Shown one piece after another: positions 23,417 through 36,029 of a DNA stretch of 64,000 nucleotides. The notes beneath the pieces are model-generated. The model worked only from the letters and a program-made list of their open reading frames with translations, made no database searches and was not told the origin of the DNA. Position 1 is the first letter of the stretch. The number at the start of each line of letters is the position of its first letter. Location of the stretch: assembly GCF_006345805.1 (NCBI RefSeq), contig NC_042998.1:24614001-24678000 (forward strand), in the 5' to 3' direction. The DNA is from Octopus sinensis (lineage: Eukaryota). Position numbers and translations under genes: made by a program.

Positions 23417-24035
23417 GAGTCCATAACCCGTGGCCTTCTACATGGGATGGAGCCAGCCTACGTATGCATACCTTCCCTTCTTGGGACACAAAACTCTACT
23501 TGTGAAGACGTGATGAGGCAAGTGAGGATCAGAATCGAAATCGATCAATGGAAATTGCGGATGTGCTACCAGTGCCAGTGGCATGTCAAAACTCTGCTTG
23601 TGAAGACCCGTTGAGGCAAGTGACGATCAGAATCGAAATCGATCAATGGAAATCGATCAATGGAAATTGCAGATGTGTTACCAGTGCCGGTGGCATGTAA
23701 GAGAACTTTCCGTTTCGCGACCGTTGCCAGCACCGCCCCGTTTCGTGTCCGTTGCCAGCCTCGCCTGGCCCCCATGCCGGTGGCACATAAAAAGCACCAT
23801 CCCTTCGTGGCCGTTTGCCAGCTCTGTCTGGCACCAGTGTGGGTGGCACGTAAAAAGCACCCACTACACTCACGGAGTGGTTGGCGTTAGGAAGGGCATC
23901 CAGCCGTAGAAACACTGCCAGATTTGACTGGGCCTGATGAAGCCTTCTGGCTTCACAGACCCCAGTAGAACCGTCCAACCCATGCTAGCATGGAAAATGG
24001 ACGCTAAACGATGATGATGATGATGATGATGATGA
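20786..24035 (+). mobile_element. RTE-clade non-LTR retrotransposon, 5'-truncated
   Basis: APE endonuclease C-terminus (IFVAGDFNGHVG...QIDYI), RT (QFGFVPGKSTTDAIF, AFVDMEKAFDRVP, ELLYADDL at ~22487), C-terminal RLRWYGHV...GRGRPRKTW, a 3' UTR and a (gat)n tail. Confidence 0.95.
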
Positions 24036-24411
24036 CTACTAAATTATTCTATGGTTTTCCAGGTGCTTGAGATACCAAGCAAATAATTACCAGTTCATAT
24101 TTCATTTTGTGGGGCCGCACGGGTTAGGATGTTCACAAAATTGTGAGTTATCTTTGGATGGGTTTATATATTGTGTTTATGAGAAGAATACGTTGTTTTA
24201 CATTGTTCCACTCTAGCCAGATGTTGATGCAACTCTCTGTCCCTTTAGCAATCATAGCCTGCATGTTCAGTGGGTCAAGGGTGAGATGACTGGGAGGTGT
24301 CTATCTCTGCTTGTGATTACACAGGCCCCTAAAACTATTAGTGAAAGTGTGGTAGATGTTACTAAGCTGTATTCCCTCACAGATGGTGACTGGGCTATAC
24401 TGTACAAGATC

Positions 24412-24832
24412 TTTTACTCTCTTACCTGTTCCAGTCATTAGACTGTGGCCATGCTGGGGCACTGGCTTAAAGAATTTCTAATCAAATGAACAGACAGCAG
24501 TAATTATTCTTTTTGAGTCTGGTACTGCTAAGTTACGGGGACGTAAACACACCAGCACCAGTTGGTTAGTGTTGGGCGACAAACACATACACACACACAC
24601 ACACACACGTAATATGCATTCATACATACATATATACACATACATACATATATATTACATACATACATATATAAAGATATGAAGGGCTTCTTTCAGTTTC
24701 CATCTACCAAATTCCCTCACAGAGCTTTATTTGGCTGAGGCTATAGTAGAAGACACTTGCTGAAGGTGCCATGCAGTGGGACTGAACCCAGAACCATGTG
24801 GTTGGTAGGCAAGCTACTTACCACAGAGCTTC
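24412..24832 (-). mobile_element. SINE family A, diverged
   Basis: Tail, body, microsatellite and head all present. Confidence 0.85.
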
Positions 24833-26379
24833 TCCTTAAAATGGTGCTATTGTTTCTAGCAACAGTAACAATTAGAACCTATAGTATCATACTGATGATG
24901 GTCATTATTTTTAACCTGTTTGATACCATCTTACCTGAAACTGCCATTAAAAGATTTAACCCTTTCGTTACTGTATTTATTTTGAGATGCTCCGTGTTTC
25001 TTTCAATCACTTTGAATATAACAACCCTGTAGTTGGGAAGCAAACTTCTTACTATTCAACTAGTTTATTTTTGGTGGCCTATCTTTGTGTCCACATTCAT
25101 TTCTAGTGCTTAAATTGATCTCTTTTGAGTTGTGGTTACAAACTATGCATGTATCTGCACAGATGTACAGTTTAGAGAGAACATGAGACGTTCTCTTTAT
25201 CTAATATCCACTTTTATCCATATTCTTCTAAGGCTATTAAAAAGAATGAAATGAATGTATTTTCGTTTAATCGTTAACGCTTATCAATTGTGACCTTCTT
25301 TCTTCAATATTTATTAAAGAAATATAAATTCTTCTCTTGTACATAATTATTAATAATCAAGCTATTATATTAATTACTTTCTATCTGTAAATATTGAATC
25401 TTTCATATCAAAATACACAGATTAAGGATAGCAATCTTTGCTATGAAAAATTAAACAAAATGTTTACTGTTTGTGATTTTATCAAGAAGTCAGTTCTTTA
25501 AAATAATAACAAGAAGCTGTTCATCAAATTAAAATCCTTATGAATAAAATATGAATATGTTTTTTGTAATAAATGTCAAAACTAAATTAATTGAGTAAAA
25601 TAAAAAATGGTAATTGCTGTTCAATATTTGGAATTCCGTTTCTTTCACACAATATTTTTCAAACATCTTTAATTATCAATGTTGTTAGCACTCGGCTTTC
25701 ATTCTTCTTTATTAAATATAAGTTGTATGAAATCTTGGAAATCAGATACCACTTGAATACTTTCAACAAATACACCCATTTGTAATTATATATGTCTTTA
25801 GATTAGTTTCATTTCAATCATTCTGGATATTTAATTTAGAGCTTTACAGAAATAATGACCAAAGATAATGAATTGTCATTGTTTCTGTTATAAACCTTTG
25901 ATTTTTCATGAAAATATAATTATCATAAATAATTTAATGTTTATGTCCAATTACTGTGTGATAAGCTACAATGGAAAGAAAAACAAGAATTATGGTTATA
26001 ATTGAATAGGCAATTGAAGATATATGTTGTAAGTTCAAATGCCATACCTAATATTTTATTTTATTTGATTAATTTATTCGATGTCTTTTTAGAGGTATAT
26101 TGCTCTAAATGATTAACTTCATTAATTTGATGTTTGAGTTCAGGTTTGTCTGTGTAATTAAGAAGTTTTCTCCACAACCACGTATTTCTAGATTGGAAAT
26201 CTCTGTGCAGCACCTTGGGTAAGTCTGTTCTACTAAGGCCATGGTTCAAATAATATTTTATGAATGAAACTGGTTTGACAGAAGCTGTGCAGCAGTCCAT
26301 CATATGTATGTATGAGGTTCATTTAAATTCTTATTGAGAGTTCAAACCAGTTTCTAACAAAGCAACAACACTTTTTGGA

Positions 26380-26985
26380 GTTGTGACTGATGCCAGTGGC
26401 CCACTGAGTGGTTCCTGTACCGGTGGTATGTAAAAAGCACCATCTGAACGTGGTCGATGCCAGTGACTGGCTCCCATGCTGGTGACATGTAAAAAGCACT
26501 ATCCGAACATGATTGATGCCAAGCCTGCCTGACTGGCTCCTGTGCCAGTGGCATGTAAAAGCACCCACAACACTCTCGGAGTGGTTGGCATTAGGAAGGG
26601 CATCTGGCTGTAGAAACACTGCCAGATCAGATTGGAGTCTGGTGCAGCCGCTGGCTTTCCAGACCCCAGTCAAACCGTCCAACCCATACCTATTTCTTTA
26701 TTACCCACAAGGGGCTAACATAGAGGGGACAAACATGGACAGACATAGGTATTAAGTCGATTACATCGACCCCAGTGCATAACTGGTACTTAATTTATCG
26801 ACCCCGAAAGGATGAAAGGCAAAGTTGACCTTGGCGGAATTTGAACTCACAACGTAACGGCAGCCGAAATACCGCTAAGCATTTCGCCTGACGTGCTAAC
26901 AATTCTGCTAGCTCGCCGCCTTAAAACTGTCCAACCCATACCATCAAGAAAAACAGACGTTAAATTATGATGATGATGATTAGAG
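26380..26985 (+). mobile_element. Orphan RTE tail, interrupted by a family B SINE
   Basis: The tail resumes after 26923 and ends in (gat)n. Confidence 0.8.
26690..26923 (-). mobile_element. SINE family B, full length
   Basis: 19-bp target duplication aaaccgtccaacccatacc/aaactgtccaacccatacc. Confidence 0.9.
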
Positions 26986-27210
26986 TTCCTGGTGTTTGTA
27001 AATATGTGGTTGAGTTGGTGGGCTGGTTGAACCTTAAATCAACAATTTTATTGATTACAAAATGCATGAGAATACCACGATTCCATGTTTGAACCTGATG
27101 CATGGCTCCTTAGGTTAGTATCTTTTACTAACACTTTGGTTGACCAATAACTTGAGTAGAATTTGGTAGAAAAAAGCTATTTGGAAACCTATAATGAGTG
27201 TGTGTGTGTG

Positions 27211-27271
<61 letters not shown>

Positions 27272-27799
27272 TGAGTGTGTATGAAAGACCATATCTATAT
27301 TAGTTTGCGTTGATGTAAATTAACATAGCATGCGTCATTACGCTATGACAAAAAAAAAAAAAATAGAAAAGGATGTTGATAGTTAAATAACTACAGGACA
27401 GAAATAAAATACTTGAAGACAGTGCCCCAGCATGGCCGTTCTCCAATGACTGAAACCAATATAAGAATAACAGGATGAGATTTTGTTTAACATTTGATCA
27501 CATCAATAAAATAGAAATAAATAACTTGGTATGTTTGAGATGTTAAAAAGTTCACTTTGTAACCATATGGCTCTGGGTTGGTCATTTTGTTCAGGACTCT
27601 GGGCAGCAGTATTGTACCGTAGCCTTTGAGTGACTGAAATAGTGAGGGAAATTTCGTAGATGGATCTGTCCAGAAGTCTATTGCATATTTGGATGAGTGT
27701 GTATTTGTAATCTGAATGAAACAAGAATACCTAAGTGTATTTAGTTTCTTTCAAGATGTGGCCCTTTTGAGCTAGAATTGGCCTTATTGTCACTCTTTT

Positions 27800-28045
27800 C
27801 ATCATCATCATCATCATCATCATCCTCATCGTTTAATGTCCGTTTTCCCTGCTAGCACAGGTTGGACAGTTCGACCAGGGTCTGGGAAGCCAGGAGGCTG
27901 CACCAGGCTCCAGTCTGATCTGGCAGTGTTTCTACAGCTGGTTGCCCTTCCTAACGCCAACCACTCCGCGAGTGTAGTGGGTGCTTTTTACGTGCCAGGG
28001 GAGTTTGGCAGCAGCCACGATTGGTTGGTACTTTTACGTGCACAG
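27800..28045 (-). mobile_element. Orphan RTE tail copy
   Basis: (cat)n followed by gtccgttttccctgctagcac...gcccttcctaacgcc. Confidence 0.85.
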
Positions 28046-28149
28046 AAGTCAGAAAGTCATTGGAGTTGATAAGCCTTGATGATGATGCCCCAGCATGGCA
28101 GAAATCCAGTGGCTTAAATCTGTTAAAGATTATAAGAATATTGGTTTCA

Positions 28150-28345
28150 ATTTTTGGCACAAGGATGGCAATATTGGAGGAGAGATAAGCTGTTTACATT
28201 GACTCTAGTGCTTAACTGGTACTTATTTTGTTGACCCCAAAAGGATGAAAGATAAAATTGGATTTGGCAGAATTTGAACTCAGAAAATAAAGAGACAAAA
28301 TGCCTTTGAGCATTTTGCCTAGAGTGTTATCAATTCTGCCAGCTT
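28150..28345 (-). mobile_element. SINE family B (B2 tail), diverged
   Basis: ctggtacttattttgttgacccc...aggatgaaag...gaatttgaactcag. Confidence 0.7.
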
Positions 28346-28467
28346 ATAGGATTATAAGACCAAACCTTATAAGATTATAAGAATATTATATTGATGTTGT
28401 ATTCTGAAACGTGACATATTTCTAGCTTCTGTTATCTTAGCAGATAATAAACACTACAACTGTATTA

Positions 28468-28538
<71 letters not shown>

Positions 28539-28540
28539 TG
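28468..28540. repeat. (ATT)n microsatellite
   Basis: Seen directly in the sequence. Confidence 0.95.
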
Positions 28541-29060
28541 GAGGAGAAAATCACAACAATAAATACCTTGTACCAACAAATTCTCCTAATTACATTTTAG
28601 GAACTTTCCAATTTTAAAATTATAATAAAAATCTCATATTTCCTATTCTATATTCTTTACAGACAAGTGTCTCCAAATAAATTAATTTTCTAAATGATTT
28701 GATGTCTCTACAGCTGACTATCATTCTTCTCACACATCATTAAAAAATTTTTATTTTCTTGAAGCAAAAAAAAAATAAATAAATAAAAAATCTTGGTTTC
28801 TTCCTTTTTGCTAGTTCATTTTTAGTTTTCATGGTTTGAGAATGATATCAAGAGTCTCCATTCTCAAAATATTTATGTATAAAATGTACTTAAAAATTAA
28901 GGACCAATTGACAAAGACGTCAAAGGCTAACAATGTCAATAACTATTATATTATAATGCCCTGGTGATATTTACAGATTCTAAAGTTACACTGTTTCAGA
29001 ATGTGCTTGTCTCCAGTCTTACAGGTTGATAATCTTCACAAAAATAGCTGTGTATCCCCC

Positions 29061-29289
29061 AACCCTTTTGTTATCAACCTGGCTGAAACCACTTCTGGCT
29101 CTGTAGTACAAATGTCTTGTTTACATAAATTTTGAATTAAAATTTTTCATCAAACCTTAGTCACAATTTATGTTCCTAACACTAGCTTAATGATAACTAA
29201 GTTATTTTACTAAATTCTTTGTTATATTTTAAAATTAACTGAAAGAAACACAGATCATCTCAAAATAAATACAGTAACGAAAGGGTTAA
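29061..29289. mobile_element. MITE with piggyBac-like (tt)aaccc...gggttaa ends
   Basis: aacccttttgttatc / gtaacgaaagggttaa; a fragment of the same end lies at 24957-25020. Confidence 0.6.
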
Positions 29290-29599
29290 GGTGATGCTAA
29301 ATACAATATGGTGATGAACACATTTAATAAATACTGTAATATTTTTTAATTCAATAGCAAAGTTGGTATAATTCTTCAGCTTTTAGATCAATTCTTCATC
29401 TGATATTGCTATGTTAATCAATACACTTTTACCGTTTTTGTCATGGGAAGCAATATCAAGTTTATTATGTGGTATCTGAGGGTCTTTCTGTTGACTAAGT
29501 ACCAGAGCATCGAGCTGGTGGTGGAACTTGATTTAATCCAATACTACTACACAAAGTAGATTGATTCAGTGAAGCAGATGAGCCACTGTTCATTCTTTT

Positions 29600-29849
29600 T
29601 TCATTCTTGAGCCATCCCTGGCTCATAAGGGCCGATATTCCAGTTTCCTTGGCTTATAGGTTCCCCACCTGGATGGGACGCCAGTCCGTCGCAGATGAGC
29701 TGCAAGATGCAGGAGGACAGCAGAAGTTTTCCATTACCTTCTGCCAGAGCCGCGTGGAGCTTAGGTGTTTTGCTCATAAACACACACATCACCCGGTCTG
29801 AGATGCGAACCTGTGATCCCTTGACTGCGATCCGATGCTTTAACCACTA
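29600..29849 (-). mobile_element. SINE with a family C head and a V-domain-like body
   Basis: Minus strand: head ...acacctaagctccacgcggctctggcag, then CTGCGACGGACTGGCGTCCCATCCAGG, matching the recalled V-SINE consensus CTGCGATGGACTGGCGACCTGTCCAGGG. Confidence 0.7.
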
Positions 29850-29940
29850 GTAGAAGACACTTGCCCGCGGTGCCATGCAGTGGAACAGAACCTGGAACCA
29901 TGTGGTTGGTAAGCAAGCTACGTACCACACAGCCACTCTA
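29850..29940 (-). mobile_element. SINE family A head fragment
   Basis: gtagaagacacttgccc...accacacagccact. Confidence 0.8.
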
Positions 29941-30004
29941 TATAATTTGTGTAAATCTATGTAATAGTGTGTCTCGGTGTTTTTGTTCATGGGTCTGATA
30001 TAAT

Positions 30005-30217
30005 GGTTTCAAGTTTTGGCACAGGCCAGCAAGTTCAGCGGCAGGCATAATTGATTATATCAACCCCAGTGCTCATCTGATATTTATTTTATCGACCCTT
30101 ACAGGATGAAAACCAAAACCAAATTCAATAGGATTTGAACTCAGAACATAAAGACAGACGAAATGTCGCAAAGCATTTCACCTGGTGTACTAACAATTCG
30201 GCCAACTTGCTGCCTTG
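30005..30217 (-). mobile_element. SINE family B (B2 tail), diverged
   Basis: Central block and head are recognisable. Confidence 0.7.
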
Positions 30218-31730
30218 TTTATGTATTTGATGTAATGCCATTAGTTAGAATAATGGTACTGTAACAAGAGGTGACTTTGCTATTCAATAAAATATAGATC
30301 AATGAAATATCAGACAAACCATTCTCAAAGACAGAATTCACTCTCATTGCATGGCTGCAGTATAATGACCAAAACCAGAAAGCATAAAAGGAAGAATAAC
30401 TGGTGTCTTTAAAAGAAAGGAAGTCAAACTTGAACTTCCAACTGTTTGAAGTGCTGATATGGGAATTTTATTTTTATTCCCTTTATCAATTTAATTGTTA
30501 AATTGGTTTATTTTATGCCAGTATTTAGTAAACCAGCTGGAAAAAAAAATTATCTTAAATCTGCTCCTAAAGAGGCTGGATCTGTTTAGAAATATATAGT
30601 GTTTGTGGTAAGAATTATAACTTTGAAATATATGAAAAGAAGAATGTCTTTTTGTCTGACTTTTGAAGAAAGTTGGAACAAAGATTAAGATTTGACATCG
30701 AATGTCTTGTTAAAAGATTTGTAATATATTACAGAACTGAAGTAATTTATTTACTGACTTGCAAAACTAGAATACAAAAGAATTGTGTTGAATGATAGTA
30801 CCAAGTACCTCCCATATCTAAATATGTGAAATGAGTTATTGCTAAAAGAATCTATAATTTGTAGATACACTCAAAATTCATGTAGAACACAGAAACATGA
30901 AAGAATGGGTAAACAGTCCATAAATTTTAAATTATTTGAGATTTCTCTCTTCTTTCTATACCAGGGAAGATTCTTAACATGATTGATGACTTAGAAACCT
31001 ATTTTAATTAACAAAGGCAATGCCTAGCTATGTGTTATAGATAGTTGCGTTCATAGTTTGTCGATGGACAGCTAAATTTGTTCAACAAGTTTATATCAAA
31101 GGTGGAAATAATTCAATATCAGAACAATGGTAAAAGTGAAACAAATTTATTAATGATAAGTGCTACGAAAGAGGAAAGATAGGACAAGAGGCAGAGTTGT
31201 AGTCACATAAGTTTGAGGAAATTGAACATATTGATAACAAGTCTTCTTAGAATATGTCTCATGTTATCTCTTGTACTTGATGGAGAAAAAAAATAGGAAC
31301 AATATTACTCATTGACTAATATATATACTTTTTCTCATGACATATATTTCTGCTTAACTTTTTAGTGACCTCAACCAAAAAAGATATGCTAACATCAAAT
31401 TATGCATTATTTTTCATATGAATAGCATCTCTGAATTTCTATACAACTCTGATTTCCTTTGAGAACAATTGTACAATTCTGTGCATTTACTTAACAATTT
31501 TTTCATCATTTCTTTGGCATATTTGATGAAGTCCATAGTTCACAGAGGAGATCATATGATCAAAATATATTTGGAATTGTTCCTCATATTTCTTAATATA
31601 AAATATTGCATATAATATTATGCATTATAGTAGATTATGCTAATATTGTATATTCATTACCAAATATTTATTTCTGGGGAGCTTTTTAACGTTTTTGGCT
31701 CATACTGGATTAAAGCATAAGGCTCTAAAG

Positions 31731-31905
31731 CAGTGATTCTCAAAGTAAGGCCTGTAGTCCCCTAGGAGTGATTTGAAAGGGACTGCAAATCGCAGTCCTC
31801 TTGAAACAATTTGAAAGGGACTGTAAATCACAGTCCTCTAGGAGTGATTTGAAAGGGACTGCAAATTGCTTCCTCTAGAAGTGATTTGAAAGGGACTGCA
31901 AAGGG
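31731..31905 (+). repeat. hAT-like terminus followed by four 38-bp tandem units
   Basis: cagtgattctcaaagt at 31731; units start at 31755, 31793, 31831 and 31869. Confidence 0.75.
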
Positions 31906-32039
31906 ATGCTGAAGTATCATGAAAATGGGTGCTTTGAGACAGTTAAGTTTTAAAATTTCAAGACTTTCACTTTTTTGCATGCTATCATCCTTTTTTGTCA
32001 TTGACCTCAAACTCCCACGCCACTCCTACACACTCATTT

Positions 32040-32630
32040 GCTAATCACACATGTTGTACAATAAAATTTGGGAATTGAAAGAAAAAATATTGAATTTAAC
32101 CTAAAATGGGATATAATAAGAAAGGCACAGCCTTATAAAAATAGTAGGGATGGATGTGAACTTTGTTCTATGGAGACATATGAAATTTTGAAACCAGCCA
32201 CATGGTTCCGGGTTCAGTCTCACTGCGTGGCATCTTGGGCAAGTGTCTTCTGCTATAGCCCCGGGCCGACCAATGCCTTGTGAGTGGATTTGGTAGATGG
32301 AAACTGAAAGAAGCCTGTCGTATATATGTATCTATATATAAGTGTGTGTGTATATGTTTGTGTGTCTGTGTTTGTCCCCCTAGCATTGCTTGACAACTGA
32401 TGCTGGTGTGTTTACGTCCCCGTCACTTAGCGGTTCGGCAAAAAAGACCGATAGAATAAGTACTGGGGGTTGATTTGCTCGACTAAAGGCGGTGCTCCAG
32501 CATGGCCGCAGTCAAATGACTGAAACAAGTAAAAGAGTAAAAAAAAGAGTAATAGAAATAATATAAACTTATCGAATAACCGTTCTGATCTAGGAGTGTC
32601 CTGTATACATTGTGCCACCCGTATTTTTAA
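32040..32630 (+). pseudogene. Penelope-like GIY-YIG endonuclease C-terminal relic, split by a SINE
   Basis: IWELKEKNIEFNLKWDIIRKAQPYKNSRDGCELCSMETYEILK, then after the SINE NRNNINLSNNRSDLGVSCIH. Matches the PLE pattern IW.LK...I.W.I...A.PY......C.LC..E...I...LN.R.EL...C.H. Confidence 0.8.
32188..32550 (+). mobile_element. SINE family A, 5'-truncated
   Basis: Matches the consensus from accagccacatggttccggg to the tail. Confidence 0.9.
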
Positions 32631-33349
32631 TTATTTTAAATAATAGCATTCTGACCATTCCTAAATTTTCAAATCTTAATATTTTGTAACCAAATAAAGA
32701 ATTAATATACCATACTAGCTTTTATTTAACCTGAATAGATTATTAAGAAATTTTATAATATAACTAAATTTGAATAAAGTGAATTTAGAATATTTTGATA
32801 CTCTTTTATATGGGATTGCAAAAATTCTATATATCTAGTGAAATTATTTAGTTCATCTTGATTACCTCCCTTCCATTACTTTTTAATATATCTTATAGAC
32901 TCTTGATATATGTGCTAATTGATAAGGGTTTTTTTTTACAGTTAGTAAATATTATGTTTAGCATATTCGTTTAATCTAACTTATTAATAAAATAAATCAC
33001 TATTTAGTAACTGTGAATCTATATTAATAGAAATTGATATATATATATTTAGATAAATATGAAATGATTTCTATATTTTCTATCCCTATATAAGATACTA
33101 AAATTTATTGGAATCCTTTGGAAAATTATCTAAAGGATAGTTATTTAAAATTCACAAGCGAAATTATGGCTGTTAAATGGTAAGGGATATTAGAAATCTC
33201 TAGAGCATTAGTAGTCTCTATTCTCCCTACCCCACTAGCTTCAGCCTACTAACTTTAGCTAAAATACATTCAAATATGCCTAAGTTAAATTCCTCAAAAT
33301 GAGGATGGATTTATGGCTTTGACATATGTACTACCCCTTCTTCTTTCTA

Positions 33350-33526
33350 CTGGAGTGGCTGTGTGGTAAGTAGCTTGCTAACCAACCACATGGTTGTGGG
33401 TTCAGTCCCACTGTGTGACATCTTGGGCAAGTGTCTTCTGCTATAGCCCCGGGCCGACCAATGCCTTGTGAATGGATTTGGTAGACAGAAACTGAAAGAA
33501 GCCTGTCGTATATATGTATATATATG

Positions 33527-33557
<31 letters not shown>

Positions 33558-33765
33558 TTGTGTGTCTGTGTTTGTCCCCCTAGCATTACTTGACAACCGA
33601 TGCTGGTGTGTTTACGTCCCCATCACTTAGCGGTTCAGCAAAAGAGACCGATAGAATAAGTACTGGGCTTACAAAGAATAAGTCCTGGGGTCGATTTGCT
33701 TGCCTAAAGGCGGTGCTCCTGCATGGCCGCAGTCAAATGACTGAAACAAGTAAAAGAGAGAGAGT
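33350..33765 (+). mobile_element. SINE family A, full length
   Basis: Head to tail all present. Confidence 0.9.
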
Positions 33766-34260
33766 AAATAGAAAAATTTCTTGTTTCTCTCCATTGAATC
33801 AAATGAAGAAATTCCCCTTCCCATTGGTTGATCTAAATAACAAAGTGAACTCAATGATAAAAAATCTACAGATGGGGAAGGACCTTCTACTACCATGTTC
33901 TTAATGATGAAATTAACCTCTCTGTTTATATATCTACCCTCTTTGTAATGTTAGCAAATAAAATAAGTATAAAAATGTACATTGTCCATTTAATTAAAAA
34001 ATTCTATGCGTAGCTGAAGATTGCTCTACATTTTAAAACTGATGTAATACTTACAGTGTTTAATAAAATGAAGTAGCATGAAACGATTGTACTACACTAC
34101 CTTAGATATCCTTGTTGCTTATTTTGATTATATGTATATATATGTATATATATTATATATATAATGATAATAATAATAATAATTTGAGGGAATATTATTC
34201 CTAACTTATAAGGAAAAATTCAATTTATAAATACTAAATCAAATTTCACAAAATATAATA

Positions 34261-34603
34261 TATATATAAATTAGAAAAAACTACCTTTTATTAATTCAAA
34301 ATGAAAAATTAAATTACACCATCTAGAAAATTACATATAATAGAAATATTATATATAAGATAAAAAATAATATCCCAATGATTAAGTAATGTGCAAAATA
34401 ATAAATAAAACGTATATATTTGGTAGAATAACGTTATTTTATAAAATATATATGCTTTATTGAATATTTTGCACATTACTTAATTATCAGTATATTATTT
34501 TTTTATCTTATATATAATATTTCTATTATATGTAATTTTCTAGATGGTGTAATTTAATTTTTCATTTTGAATTGATAAAAGGTGATTTTTTCTAATTTAT
34601 ATA
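34261..34603. repeat. AT-rich inverted repeat with ~140-bp arms
   Basis: aaattacaccatctagaaaattacatataatagaaatattatatataagataaaaaata recurs as a reverse complement at ~34495-34560. Confidence 0.85.
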
Positions 34604-34619
34604 AATATATATATATATA

Positions 34620-34669
<50 letters not shown>

Positions 34670-34682
34670 CATATATATACTG

Positions 34683-35028
34683 CTGAGACCTCCTTCGGTT
34701 ATGACTGACCATGGGATTGCACCTAGAAAGTTACCCTCCTAGGCACAGGTCCGGGCAAGGTTGTTTATGAAAGACTAGCTGTCACCCATGCATACCAGCT
34801 TCCCCTCTCCACACCACCGATGTTATCCAAAGGAAAGGCAAAGGCCGATACAGCTTGGCACCTGTGATGTTGCAACTCATTTCTACAGCTGAGTCAACTG
34901 GAGCAACATGAAATAAAGTGTCTTGCTCAAGAACAAATCACGCAGTTCGGTCCAGGATTTGAACTCACAACCTCACGATTGTAAGCTCGATTGTCTAACC
35001 ACTCTGAGCCATGCGATGCACCTTCACA
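34683..35028 (-). mobile_element. SINE family D (tRNA head + CORE-like cttgagcaagacacttta...gctccag + tail shared with family C)
   Basis: Minus-strand head, core-like block, and 3' part homologous to 19745-19875. Confidence 0.75.
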
Positions 35029-35254
35029 TATATATACAGAGTGATATATATATATATGGAGAGAGAGAGATAATAGATAGATAGATAGATAGATACATAG
35101 ATACACATATATGAATATACATAAACACACACAAACACACAAACAGATATACATGTTCATATATGTGATCATTGATTTTGGTGAGTTAAGAATTAATAAT
35201 AAAGTAGTAATAAAGGAAGAACTGCACCATGATAGATGGGGAAAAAATGTGTGT

Positions 35255-35490
35255 ATGTGAATATATATATATGTATGTATGTATGTATGATGTATGTATG
35301 TATGTATGTACATATGTATGTATGCATGTATGTTTGTATGCGTGTATGTTTGTATGTATGTATGTATGTATGTATGTATGTATGTATGTATGTATGTTTG
35401 TATGCATGTATGTATATATGTATGTATGTATATATGTTTGTATGTATGTATGTATGTATGTATGTATGTTTGTATGTACGTATGTATGCA
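35255..35490. repeat. (TATG)n microsatellite
   Basis: Seen directly in the sequence. Confidence 0.95.
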
Positions 35491-35577
35491 TGTATATTGA
35501 TATAGATGTGGTTGGTGCAAAAATTTTATTGGTCTGTTGCCTTTCAAATTTTTCTAATAAATTATTTCTTCATTGCA

Positions 35578-35627
<50 letters not shown>

Positions 35628-36029
35628 TTTAATTGTCATCTTGGATTAATTGTAACTTTGATTTAATAAACATGCGACTGGAAACTAATGGGAAAAAACG
35701 TATTGATGAATGTACTCTTGAGCAAAGTCATATTATATGAATGTGGAAAATCAAATTGAATAATTTTATGACTAATATTTTTTTCACTACTAATAACTGA
35801 ACAAGGAATAATATAGTTCACATTATTTGATTTGCAAGATTCTTCATATGAATCTGTGGGTTGAAATAAATCTTGTAGCATCTTGGGAGGGTCATTACAC
35901 CAGTAATAATAAACACATGCACTGGTTCAATATCACTTCTTTATTGTTAGTCATTCGGCTAAATATCTAACCAACTAACTAATTGATCATTTCTTTAATT
36001 AATGAGTTGGTTAAATAATGAATAGCAAG

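Noticed and set aside
24930-25030. Strong minus-strand donor (CAG/gtaag) suggesting an exon
   Set aside because: The upstream sequence is a MITE terminus shared with 29265-29289.
35505-35530. Mariner-like TIR start ggttggtgcaaaa
   Set aside because: No matching opposite TIR or transposase was found.
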